Assembly: GCA_965649765.1 (NCBI GenBank)
Contig: OZ287758.1
Coordinates: 13,330,001 to 13,394,000 of the forward strand
Direction: 5' to 3'
Length of the DNA stretch: 64,000 nucleotides
Source: Bispira polyomma
Lineage: Eukaryota
The position numbers and the translations under genes are program-made. Position 1 is the first letter of the stretch; the number at the start of each line of letters is the position of its first letter. This document shows, in pieces, positions 49,194-62,879 of this stretch. The notes under the pieces were generated by a model. That model was not told where the DNA came from. It made no database searches and saw only the letters and a list, made by a program, of their open reading frames with translations.

Positions 49194-50401
49194 ATGAATA
49201 GAGGAGGAACAGTCAAGAAATTGCACGATACATCTTTTAGTTCTACAGGAACCTCCAGTCCAAGTCCATATACAAATAGAAAGCCACTTGAGCAGATCAA
49301 AATGTTACAGGATGATCAAGATACAGGATTACCATCTGACTGGGCAGCACTGGACAGCAGTGAAAAGTTGGACAGGATTATGGTCACTCTAACCAATGTG
49401 GATCTAAATCAGCACATGCTTTCAGACTTCCGAACAGCAAACGAGCTCTCTTTTAGGAAGCTAAATCTTAAGGTATCTCAACTAGAGGGTAAGAATGTCA
49501 AGCTGGAGAGGGAATTGGCCAGTCTTAAGACTCAGTACTTGGACTTGCAGCAACGATCAATGCAAACTAACCTTGTGTTTCATGGAATTGCTGAAAAAGA
49601 CAGAGAGAATTGTGAAGACATCATCATGGAATTTTTGTCGGAGAAATTAAAAGTTAGCAGGAGTGACATATATAGTATTAGGAACTTGGCTGGTGAAATA
49701 TGAATTGACATGGCTCACCGTGCTGGCAGAAAGACAGTTTTGCCAAGTGAGTGTCGTCCCATTGTCATAAAATTTCTTACTAGGAAAGGGAAATCACTTG
49801 TGCTTCAAAATGTAAGACAAAGGGAACTTGGTTTAGTGTGACTGAACAGTCACCTTCAATAATTAGAGAACAGCGACAAGCCCAAGTACCCAAAATGCAA
49901 GAACTTAGAAAGCAATTACCTGTCAAAACACAGCATACTGTCAAATTAGTTAATAATAAGCTATTACATAACAAGCATATTGTGTATGGTGAATTTGTTA
50001 AAAATCCCTTGCCGGCTACTGATGCTACTGATGATGTGTTTGAGTACAATGACTTGGTGCACTCTGAAGTGAAGGAGTATGAAGACAGTTATTTCCAGGC
50101 TCATGCTATTCAGGTCAATAGCACCATGGAGGCATGTTTGGCAAGGAACATCAGGAGGCTCTGCACATCACTTGATCTATGTGTATCGATTTGAGGGTAG
50201 TTCTGGAGACCTAGTGGAAGGTTATAGTGATGACGGTGAGGTCAGAGGCAGCATAGAAATTAGACGGGCACTTAATCGGAGCAACAAGAAAAATTTGTTT
50301 TTGCCATCACACGTGTGCACAATGGGCCAAATATTGGCCAGAAGAGGTTTGATTTGATTAGGGATGTAACAGAAGTTGTGCTTAACAATGCTGGGCTGTG
50401 A
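49194..50401 (+). pseudogene. LINE ORF1 with C-terminal IMPACT/YigZ-like domain (copy 2)
   Basis: Same as 11079-12290, with an extra frameshift at about 49820. Confidence 0.8.
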
Positions 50402-51009
50402 ATGTTGAGACTTATATGCTTAACAAATTTTAAATATTGTAAATGCATATGGTTACCTAGGTTAAATATAATTAAGTTGTGCTTCCCAGTGCTAGGCTGA
50501 TATTGACACTTGTATTCTTGACAAATGTTGTACTAAAAATGCATATGTTTAACCAGGATAAATGTAAGTAAGTTGTAAAATCTTTTAGCTACCAGTAGCG
50601 TCAGTTAAATTATATCAATAAAAATAAACCTCTAAATTGATCATAGCTACGTTTAAACTGTTCTAATCACAGTTTACTATTCTTCTCCTTTACTAGATAA
50701 CAATTTTTAATCGAATCAAACCATAAAGCATGATAACCTATAAAATTTTGTACATGTTTTAGTTTGCCAGTGGGAGATTTCCGAGTGTAAATCCTTTATT
50801 TATGTTTATTGTAATTTCCCGTGGACTCAATTTATCATCTCATTCATTTTCCAACATGTGTGACTTATACTTAAGGTTAGGTTGTTTTAAAGGTATATTT
50901 TCCTTTGAATTGAGACTGTTCTGTAGCATTTCATGTTTATACTTAATATATTTTCTTCCGTGACTGACACATTACAGAATCGAGCAGCTCCAGGGCAGTT
51001 ACTGTCAAA

Positions 51010-53942
51010 TTGTAGTAAATCTAGATTTAAAATATGTCATATAAATGTTTGAAGTGTATGTTCTAATAATTTATTCAAACTTGATGTGATGAATTCCAAG
51101 TTATGCTGAGATGGCCAATATGATTTGATCTGTATGAGTGAGACATGTTTGGATTCAAGTATACCTGACTCTGATATATTGCCAGAAGGATATAGTGTTT
51201 ATCATAATGATCGAAATAGACATGGGGGTGGTGTAGCTATATACACTGCAGAAAATTTAGCTGTTAAAAATAGAACTGACCTTTGTAACTCAAACTTAGA
51301 AGCACTTGTATTAGAAGTTATTGTAAATTCAAAACATTGTCTAATTGTGTGTTGTTACAGATCACCTGGGGCAACAGTTGAACAAGCTGATAACTTCATT
51401 GCTGACTTTCAGTGTATGTTAGGCTTGATATATAACAGTAAATATGATTCTCTCTTTATATTAGGTGATTTTAATGACCGGTGTATAGACTGGGTTGATG
51501 ACCATCCAAGTAGTGAATTAAAAGATAAATTTAAAAATTTGATCAGTGAAAATAATCTTTTTCAAATCATAGAATCTCCAACACACACTACACCAACGTC
51601 CGCTCATCTGCTTGACTTAATTATCACTGATTCTCCTGGTATTATTATGAATCATGGTGTGGCTGAACCAATTGGAGATCCACATCACAATATGATTTTT
51701 TGTGAAACAGCTATTACTTATGTCAAAGATCATTCTTACACAAGAGATGTGTGGCATTATAACAGGGGTGATTTTGTGAATTTTTGTGGGGAGCTAAAAC
51801 TTGTACCTTGGCATGCTCTTTGTGCTCTGGATATTGATGAACGGGCCGATACTTGGTAGAGCATTTCTTAAGACTAGCTAAGGATTTCATACCCTATAGA
51901 ACAGTTGTAATAAGGCCGAGGGATAAATTCTTCATGACAGAAGATATACATAAACTTCTGAAGAAAAAAAATAAGCTTTGGAAGTAATGGAATCGTACTA
52001 AGAATACAGTGCATTATAACTGGTTTAGTGAATGTCGTAAACAAGTAAAATCAGCAATTATGCAATCTAAGGAAAACTAACACAATAGAAGTATTGAAAA
52101 ACACAAGTTGCTTGTCAAAAACTTATTGGCATTTGCTAAAGACAACCTATGGCCAAAAATGTAGGTCTAGCATACCAGTACTTATTTACAGAGAAAATTT
52201 TGTTTCCACAAATGAACAAAAGTGTGAGGTATTTAACCAGCATTTCTTCAGGAAGTCGAAACTTCCAGATGAATTACCTAAACTGCCAAAAATATTGGAA
52301 CATACCCCCTACAGCTTATGTTCAATACAGACATCCGAAGAGCAAGTGTACAAATTATTGCAATATTAATAAGGCAAATGGTTCTGACAATGTGAGTAAT
52401 AGGTTACTAAAGGAAACATGTGGTGTTATCTGAAACCTTTAAGTGACCTGTTTAACAGCTCCTTATCTCAAAGCAAAGTTCCTAGTTGCTGGAAAAGAGC
52501 AAATGTATCTCCAGTTTACAAAGGAAAAAATGATAAGCAAGATATAAACAACTATCGGCCAATCTCATTATTGTCAAATGTTAATAAAGTACTGGAACGA
52601 GTAGTCTTTTCTCACCTGTATAACTACTGTATCCAAAATAATATTTTAACTTGGAGGAACTCCGGCTACAAACCTCGGGACTCTACTATTAATCAGCTCA
52701 TTGCCATCACTCCTAAAATTTATAGTGCTTTTGAAAATGGACAGGACTGTTGCTTTGTTTCACTTGATGCCACAGCAGCTTTTGATCGAGTTTGGCACCC
52801 CGGTTTATTACATAAACTTAAAAATATGGAATTGGTGGAACACTGTTTCAATGGTTAAAAGATTACATAAAAAATAGGAAACAAAGAGTTGTGATTGGGG
52901 GTAAGAGTTCAAATTATATTGACATTAATTGTGGGGTCCCACAGAGGTCTATCCTTGGTCCATTACTTTTCTTAATTTATTTTAATGATATAGCTGATGA
53001 TCTTGACTCTGAAAGTTTTCTATATGCAGATGACAATCTTTGTGTAGGCCAATATCAAGTCTTGAATGCGATTTCTTGCTCCTTAATAAAGACCTTGATT
53101 GTTTAAATAAATGGGCAAAAAATGGTTAGTGAATATTAACCCTCTCAAAACCAAATATATAATATTTTCAAAGAAATTGACACCAACAGAAAATCCTGAT
53201 CTGTATCTGGGCGACAGTAAACTTAAAAAAGTAAGGTGTCCGACCTATCTTGGAGTAAAATTTAATTCTAAGATGACATGGAACAATCATTTAGAAAATA
53301 TAGCAGATAAAGCACTCAAAATACTATCGCAGCTAAAGCGATTGTCATTCAAGCTGCCCCGTTTAGCTAAGAGACAGATATATGTGAGCTATGCAAGACC
53401 TATATTAGAGTATGGGGCAGAATTGTATGATAGCTGCTCTGTTGAACAACAAAAGATGTTAGAATCGATACAACGACACAGTTTTGCTTAACAATTACTG
53501 GGGCCTATAAAGCTACTAAACATAAATGTCTTTTATCTGAATGTGGATTAGAACTGCTCAAGGACAGACGTTTGATAAAAAAATTTGTCCTAATGTATAA
53601 AATTCTGAATCATTATTCTCCAGAATATCTTTACAAGTTATGTCCCAAGGGTGGTGTGCTTGGCTATAATCTGAGAAATAGTACGCATATTCAGTCAAAT
53701 CTTTGTAAGAAAGACTATTACTACAAATCATCCCATCAGTTATAAGACTTTGGAACCATGCTCTGTGTGTAAAACTGGTCCAGAAACTGTGACACATTAT
53801 TTCATAAAATGCCCTGCTTATGCTGCTCATAGAGATGAAATGCTACAGAAGTACTCATATACCTGAAATTAATCTACTTGGTAGTCCAAGTGAGTTTATG
53901 GCACTGATTTTTTTAAAATTGATTGAACACTCTTTGACATAG
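51010..53942 (+). pseudogene. CR1-group ORF2 (APE + RT), multiple stops and frameshifts
   Basis: APE at 51125-51859. RT motifs WKRANVSPVYK, NYRPISLLS, LDATAAFDRVWH, GVPQRSILGPLLFLIY, YADD and YLGV. Confidence 0.9.
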
Positions 53943-56900
53943 TACAGTTGTTTAATTCACACACCAATCGGTTCACTATTAATTAGATTTTAATGTCACA
54001 CATGTTACATGTCATCCTATCATTCATCTTTTGTACTATGTAATAACTTCCTGTTTTGCTAAATTATCACTCAATAGTGTATCATATTTCTTTTTGTACT
54101 ATATGTTGTTGTTTAACTGTGTAAAATGTGTTTTTGGACAAGAACCCCAAGTGGCTTGTAGCTGTGGGTAATTGTCGTTAAATAAGTTATGTTTAAATAA
54201 TTTACTGTCCTGTCCTGTCCTGATTTTGTTACCCAAACTTAAGAGAGAGGTAAACCCATAAGCAAAATTGCTTTGATTGTGCCACTGTAAGTGTCACTGT
54301 CTGCCACTTAATAACAACTCCTTTTTGTTTGATTTTTTTAATTCCCACGAATATTTGTCAGAGGAAGAAAAACAATCAGTGCCACTTCCACTAGTATTGT
54401 TTTCCTGTCGAATAGGCCCCTTTTGTTTACATTGTGGGAAGAGAAGTAAGAGAATGAACTCTCCCCCCCCCCCCCCCCCTCTCTTTACTCGAGAGATTCA
54501 TTTTCTTCAAAAGCCTGTTCTGCCAAGACATTGTGTGCTTTTTGACACATTTTTGCAGAACAGTCCCCCCCCCTTTGTGACATGTGGGTCGTTGCACAAT
54601 ATGTGTAATAAAATGAGATATTTTAAGACCAAGGGTGGCTTCCGAGGCATCAACATTGCCATGTTTAATGTGTTTTTTTTAAACTCTTTTGTTCCCCTTG
54701 CTTGTGTTACAAATTTTTGACACCTTACTGTGAATTTTCTTTTCACTGCCACCGGAGGCCCCTTTTTCATTATGTACAAACATACTTAGTACTGCTACTT
54801 TCTACCTTTTCGAGATCACTATAACTAACATCAGGCGTTTTAGCCTTGAAATATTCACAAGTTTTATATATCACTAAATTGTCTAGCAAGCTAAAATCTT
54901 TAAATCCAGTATTATACACAGCTCTTCCAAAATTTCTAGCTTCTGATCTAATATTACTCATTATGGTCCCTCAGTTTTTTACCCTTTTTAGACAATTACT
55001 GGTTCTGTGACTACCTTCACAAGTTTCACAGCTGGGCTTTTAAAACTGGCCACATGTATTATGACTGTTCAGGTATTTACACGTCCTATCCTGGAAAAAC
55101 CAACAAGACATGGATCTCTTTTTGTAACCCCCTTTTTGTTAGTAGTACTCAAATTTTGGCCATTAAAAACATTGACATTTTGGGAGTCAGTGAAGTGATG
55201 TTGCACATAAGCTCGACATATTATTTCTACTTTCTCTACCTGTAAGTAGGACAATTTGTCCATCTCCATATTAGTTAATACTACTGCATGGCACGCTTTT
55301 GTTGCCTTTCAAATAAAAGTCTTGTGCATATTCCATCAGTCCCTATATAATCTAACATTGCAATTTCAATTTCTGGGGATGTTTCGTTATGAACAATGCG
55401 AGTGAAACCACAGATACACTGTACCAATGATGAATAGTCATAGCTTGGGCAAGTTGTTGTTTTCAATACATAATTCTGAGGCCATTCAACCACCTTTTTC
55501 ACAATTACATTGTTACATCCTGTTCTCTGGAATTTAACTTTACCTTGCGAGGGATTTTTATTAATGGCCTTAAGGGTTTAGTAACGTAAACACATAAACT
55601 GATTGCCGATAACCACGTTACGTGTTTTCGAGGTTCTCTGAAACTGCACAACTTCTATTTTGTTGCCTTAAACTCGGTTTATGAAAAACATATTTACATC
55701 TTTATGAGTAGAAATAATAAAAAATGACATCTATTTTAATTAAATGCTAATTTTTATATTTTACGTGTTGTTTTAATATATATTTTGGGACATATAATAC
55801 AGTGGCAGTGTGTAAGATTGTCACAAATATGGTTAATATTTGTCAAAGTACATGCTTCACAAACGTGACACAATTAACCTACAATGAAGAAATCAATAAA
55901 AGTATTATACACCACTATAAGAAGGAAGACTTCATCATCGTTTTGAATGAATTCGTTTTTCAATAAGAGCACAAAAACTGGGATAATTTTAGAGAAACAT
56001 TAAAGTTACACTTTTCCAAACAGAAAGATATTTTATATTCTTCGTTTTTATAAAATCAGGAAACATATTGACAAAAGTGAATCACCAAAAACAATATACA
56101 CTTTCTCTAAAGTTGGGTAGAATACATAATATCATATTATATGCTGGATCAATACTCGTATTATGTCACAACAAAAAACCTACTCTCCGTGATTTGTTTA
56201 CAAATATGACATTCCTCCATAGATTACAACAAGTGTTATAGGGCTTTTTAATCACTTTGTGACAAACTACTTAAGTTTTAAATTGTGTAGGCATAAGAAA
56301 ATAGTTAAAAAGATTACTAAGGAATTATTTTAAGGCTGCCATAGTGTGTATATAGGCAAAAATGAACTTATGCACATGTAGTATGATTGTAGTAGCAATC
56401 TGTCTCAAGAAATTGACACTAGACACGAAACTGTCAGTAACTGTAACACAACTTGATTGACATTCACCTTCATTTACAGAAGTAGTAAAAACATACAGAC
56501 TCACATTTTTACTTTTGAGGTTGTCTACCAACGCTGCCTCCGGGAGTTGAGCTTGTTGGTCCATTTGCTCCAAAAATGGCAGAGTGACTGTGATTGCTTG
56601 AAAATCGCTGTTGACACAGCAGATTGTTTATCCACTGGCCGCCACCAGCGAGTTCACATTAATCGTGTCAACAATGACTTCCTTTACTAAATCATCTGCA
56701 CGAGCCATACAATTTCTTCCAACCGGCGGTTTGTGTTTTTGAAAGCAATTTGGACAAAAAAACAATCTTAATACCTGGCAAAACTAACAGAGCAAGAATA
56801 AAACAGTAAATTATCTGTAAAAACGTAAAATAAACAAGTAAAATAAACAAACTCTTTGCCACACCAGGTATAATATTTTTCAATACTTCTCCTCTGTAAA

Positions 56901-58933
56901 CGATGTGGGAAAATATTAAAGGGGATCGCTTATATACCTGGCCAGGCATCCCATAATAGTAATCTAACTGGTACCCCAGAATTAACCCCGCTATCGCCGT
57001 TATCCTGCTGTATGGATTTTATAGTTCTAAAAATAACTATAAAGGATAAGTAAATTGCAGTTACTCAGATTTTGTTCCTTATATATGCTTCACTTTGTAT
57101 ATTTTATATTATATTTTGCAAATTCCCTGAAAATTTTAGGGATTTCATGAAATCACTGACCAATTCAGGTGTTTCATGAAATCCCTGAAATTTTAAGGAA
57201 TTACTGATTAAATCCATGAAATTTTAAGGAATCACTGATTAAAGCTTTACAAACGTAAACACACAAATGCGTAGCCCGTAAATTATACTTTAGTTATGAA
57301 AATGTTTTAACTATAAGTGTCCACTATGGCATCCTTATATTATATCTTGATTGTTTTAACCATTTTTATATGTAAATTTTATTTAAAAATTCAATATTTC
57401 TTTGCAAAGTGATTGAAACCTCCATTTAACGAATATTGTATTGTGACGGCTTACAAACAGAAATATGAGAGTGTTTTCCAAAATCTGCTGTGTCCCCATA
57501 TTTTAGTGTTTACTTACGGTGAGATCATTCAAAATGATTACTGTTCTTCATACAGCTGACAACAGGGGAACCAGAATTTTGTATACGTTTTTAAAAGCCC
57601 CGGTTTTCATTTTTACAATAGAAATGGACGATTTTCCTGGTCAAAATGAATTAGTTTCTTTTCTCAAACCTATACGTAGACAAAAGCCTTGGGTTTGAAA
57701 GGTGGGCACTTGTATTTCAGCTTGTTTTGTTATGTCTTTAACATATAACTTGGACAAAATCGCCTTGGTCAAAATAATTTACTTTTGCATTCAACCTATA
57801 ACTTGAACAAAATCGCCCTGGTCAAAATTAATTGTCTTTTGGTCTCCTACTTTTAACTTTGATAAAATTGCCCTAGTGAAAATGACACGAACATGTTCCC
57901 AGATGCGTACGCCAAGCCATGGTCACTTAAGTCAGTGACTTCATCAGCTAACGTATTTATTCTTATCAAATGAATATTCATCGGTCACTGATTGCTTGTT
58001 TGTGTTTCATCACTAACCCCTTAAATAGATCCCCTGTAACATTTATAATTCATACTTTGAGTCATCCAAAATCTGTTTATTTGTACGTATGTGAAACATG
58101 TCTCTTAGAAAACCAGTGCACACCACACCAAAGGTGCTTAAATTTACAATAAATAATGGAAAGTGTGAAATGATAACTTGAACAATATTTGGAATTACTG
58201 TACACTGCAAGTTTAAAAGTATAAAATGGTCACCTAATAAAACACCATGTCATGGCATTTGATCCAATATGTAAATGCAATTGTTAATTACATTTATGTA
58301 GGTCTGGTAGGTAAATACCAGGTTTAACATATTTAAATATTGGGATTGTAAGACTTTGAGACTTGTAAACCAATTGTAGACCAATTAATATGTCAAAATA
58401 CTTAAATAAAAGTGCAAACTCCATAAATTTAACACTACAGGACAGTCTTACAGGACACAGGATAATGTTAGAAGAAAAAATCTGACAGACTGTTTAACAT
58501 AGGATGCTATCTCAATGATAAGCAGGCCTGTATTACAAACAATAGCAAGAAATGAATATCAGGGAACTCTATTGGAGGAAATTACACAGGCATTTTTTAA
58601 GAAAAATATATTGTTCAGTAGAGAAAAGTGATTTTAAAATTATTGCAGGTACTTTTAAATCAATTAAAAATCAGAAAAAGGTGATTAAAATCATTACTGC
58701 AGGTTATTTACATTTTGGGCAAAATTTTTATTTATTTACTAAAATATTTTTAACAATAATTTGCACTCTTGATACATATCTCAAAAGCAAGGAAACAAAT
58801 TATGTGATCCCTTTGCCACCACCATGGATTAACTGCTCTCAGGCTGTTGCAACTCTCCAAACAATCTGCCAATCTACAAATGCCATGGTAATCATATTTA
58901 CAACTTATACAGGCTTTTGGTAATAGTTCAACA

Positions 58934-60192
58934 TTAGATTTTGTTATGGAAATTATATGTCAACTTCATGTCTTTGAATAGAGATGACTCGACAATACTA
59001 TATGGAATATTTTTGTAAACAAATTGTGAGTCATTTGATTTACAATACTCTTGGGGTACTCTCACTTTTGGAATATATCTGTAGCACCCCAACTCATAAT
59101 TCATTGCACACACTGCCTTTTGGAGGTTTTTCATTTCGAGGGCCATTAATATACAGTCACCCCCTGTAATAATAAATGACTCAGTGAATTGTCCCCTTTG
59201 TACAACCATTTTTTTCTTTGCCATTTTCTGTACTTCCTGCCAGCTGTCTAAAACCAACAGAATACCGTCATAGATATCTTCACAAAAGCTTTTTGCAGAA
59301 GCCAAAATCCTTTGAAAATCTCTGACTTCCACTGTAAAAGATCTCCCAGCTGCTTTCACTTTCATTTTGTGAATATGGAGGAAATATTTATACAGGTCAT
59401 AATCCAGGGATGACATATTCCTGTGCCTTTCGTACAGAGCTCCATACTGCTCTGGATTATCGTCTTTGTTTAAGTATGTAGCCTTTTTATGGGTGACATA
59501 AATGATATCTTTCATTTCCCAACAGAGTTTCCTCTTGAATAGAACCAGGCTCTCATCGTAAAACTCATTAATTATAACAACTGGGAAGTCTTCTTCAATC
59601 TTTTGAATACTGTGTGCTAGGTATGTTGTATTTTTCAAAGCCTTGGCAACGTCATAACAAAAATATTTATACATAGTATTTTCCAGGTACATACCTCTTT
59701 TTAGTCTGTACCGCTTCAAATCTGGATCAAAATAAGCGTCTCTGAGAAGTGTTTTAATGGGATCACCTTCATCAATGATGTTTGTAAATATGGGCTTTTT
59801 ATATTCCATAAAATAAAAAAAAGACCTAAAATTGTCAAATGGATGCCGTAAGGTGGCTACAAAAACAGTATCTGCATGCATAAGTTTAAGAATTTTATTT
59901 TTGTTGTAAGAAGAATGAGTAGAGTGTATGTCAAACTTGAAATATTTCTCCTCCTCAGGTTCATATTTCACATTTCCATACAGAGAATTGGGATGTGTTG
60001 TTATTGTTGTTTGTGTCAGATTTTTCTCTATGGACTTTCTCATTAATATATTACTAAAGGTGGAGCTTCCTGTCTTTGGGACCTTCAGGTAGTAAACATG
60101 TAGGTGCGGCTCACAATAGCTATTTCTGGATTCGCTTTCCACTGTGGACACATATGCTAATTCAGTATTTGTCTCTGGGATGATGGACATTC
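58934..60192 (-). CDS. GAL3ST-like copy C, catalytic exon
   Basis: Identical to copy A except for 3 residues in the ORF-track translations (D/N, R/K, K/Q). Same acceptor. Confidence 0.9.
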
Positions 60193-60592
60193 CTAACATA
60201 AAATGGACAAAGGATAGGTATCACACAGTTCTTATATACATGTTACTATTAATGCTTCACCTCAATAGAAATGTTATAGAAATGATTTAAATATTAAAAA
60301 TAGATATATTAAATGCCCCTTCAGATTATTACATATTTTAACAAATCTGTACACTTTATATTATTGAACAAATATTTCTAGGACTATCTTTGCAAAGGAA
60401 GTTCTTTATTAAAAATTACATTTGTCAAGTTAATCGATCTTTTCAATTTGGGGATAAAATCATTTCATAAATTGCCCAGTCATTTCAGTGACACTTTAAA
60501 AGCTGCCATAACTTCCTAAAAGATTTATATTTGTGAGTATGACATCAATTATCTGACTATTATTACAAATAATACATGACAATTACACTCAC

Positions 60593-60683
60593 CAATTTGT
60601 TTGGTATTGGTAGAATACCATAACCCATAGGTTATTACCAGGACAAATACCATAATTGGGAGCACCACAAATCTCTTAATCAC
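60593..60683 (-). CDS. GAL3ST-like copy C signal-anchor exon
   Basis: Same sequence as 20980-21070, with a G|gtgagt donor. Confidence 0.8.
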
Positions 60684-62879
60684 ACAAGGAGAAGAAAAAA
60701 ATGCTCTTTATTAAGTGAATTATTTGTCAAGATTAGTATTAATATCATTAATATTAATGGCTTCACAGCACAAATGAATCAAGAACACTAATTAAGATAT
60801 AAATACAAAACTAATACATAGTAACACAAATACTAAGCATTTGTATCAGTCATTTATTTATTTAAAGCACTTGTATAGTGACAAAACAATAATGTACAAG
60901 AAAGCACAATATTGTGAGGTAAAATTTTATTGAAATATATCCGGACAATTGCTTTTAATTTTGGATATTTCTTCAAAAGGATATAATGTTAATTTATTAT
61001 ACATCCTTATTTCAATATAACATCTAAAAACTTGACCTACCATCAACTTCAAAGAATTCACCAAAATTTATTTATCATAATAGTTTACTGTAGGAAAAGT
61101 AGGGAAAATTAATTCCCACTGAAAATGTTCACTATAATACATATATGCAACTGACCTGTCCATTTTGTCAAATGGAGAAACATGTATTGACTAAAAATGC
61201 AATATGAATACTTAAAAGTATGGAATGATTTATCCTTACATTATTATATAAACACAGTTTTTAATAGCACTGAACTTTATCAAAGCGTATGTACATATTG
61301 AAATATAAAGACACTGTTTATATTAAGCAATGGATTGTTGATATAAAAAGGAATATACTGACCCTACCGGATCTTATTTCATCCATGATAAGCAAGCATG
61401 AAACTTTAGTTGTGAAATAAAATACAGTTTTTGTTCAAATAAAAATAGTTGCAAACTAAAATACAGTTCTATGTTCAAATTAAAATGCTGGTGATGCAAT
61501 AAACAATGGGATCAATATATATTTTTTTCTTCAAATATGACAATCATATTGATTTAGTTGCAAATCAAAATACAGTTCTTGTTCAAATAAAAATAGTTGC
61601 AAACTAAAATACAGCTCAATGTTCAAAATAAAATGCAGGTGATACAATAAACAATGGGATCAATATATATTTCTTTCTTCAAATATGACAATCATATTGT
61701 TTGTGCTAGAGGTAGAGAAAATACATTAGCCTGACCTTATACATGTACAATGTGCTATCGATGGGCTAGTAACTAATAACAACCACTTTGTACTTGTACA
61801 AACACCTCGTCAATGCATATTTACTGACACCCATAAAGCAATGTCATCAATATATATTTCTTGCTTTAAAAAACGACAATTATATTGATTGAGCGGGAGG
61901 CAGCACAATACCTCTGCCTGCATAACCTTATACGATGTATTACCTATGGGCTGGTGACTAATTAGACTCACATTGTAATGTACACAATGTACATTGTACC
62001 AAACACCTTGTCACTGCATTTTTACTGTTACTGTTCACTGGTCACCCCTACTCCTGTATAAACATCTAAACATATATCCCCAGGTTAAAACAAAACAAAT
62101 ACAAATCAAGATTTACAATTATACATTTTATATAAAGATATTTTCTATTTTAGTACTTTTTGGTTTGCACACCTTCATTGGTTGCCAATTATACTGGATT
62201 TTAAAACCTCTTACATAAACTGAATTAAACTGGATATCAAATAGTCATTTGGTGCATTTATATTCTAGCATACGACATGCAATTTTAAAATATATACAAT
62301 AACAAATATTCCAAAACCAGTTGGAGACCAGTATTATAAGAAAAAGGCAATACCAGAAAAACTGGAAGCCATAATAAATCATAGGATACTAACATAACCA
62401 GATTAAAAATATAACCTGATTGAAGGAAATGCAGCTATCGGAAGCATAGTGTATAATGGCTGGCAGCAGAGTACCTTCCTTTAAATACCTCAAATCAAAC
62501 TCCCAATTCAAGCTGAAGTCGGCAGGCGTAATAGGTTCTCTTCATGGAGTAATTCCAGGTAAACAAAACAAATCTCTTAAGTCAGATTGATTTAGACAAA
62601 GGACATAAAGGACGTAAAGATAACAGTAAATTACTTTGTGTAGTGTAAGTACAGATCCTGGGCATGCTGTATATATTAACTACCAATGCTACTATAGGCC
62701 CAATAACTCACCTCTGTTCAAATTGCAAGTAGATTCACATTTGATTCCCCCACTGATTCCCATGTCAGAAGAAACTTAAACATGATTCACATATAATTAC
62801 ACAAACACTTTATACAGAACCGCTAAATTGTGTTACTCTGACCAAGTCAGATTTCCATAAATAATCCTTACATCCTAAA

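Larger units (their letters stand above)
48566..54199 (+). mobile_element. CR1-group LINE, copy 2, apparently full length (about 5.6 kb) but inactivated
   Basis: TSD atttactgtcc at 48555-48565 and 54200-54210. ORF1, APE, RT and C-terminal zinc motif are all present. Confidence 0.9.
45050..56980 (-). mobile_element. YR retrotransposon family A, copy 4 (with MITE and CR1 insertion, without the L1 insertion)
   Basis: RNase H ORF 45987-46316 is nearly identical to 902-1231. Collinear with copy 2. Confidence 0.75.
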
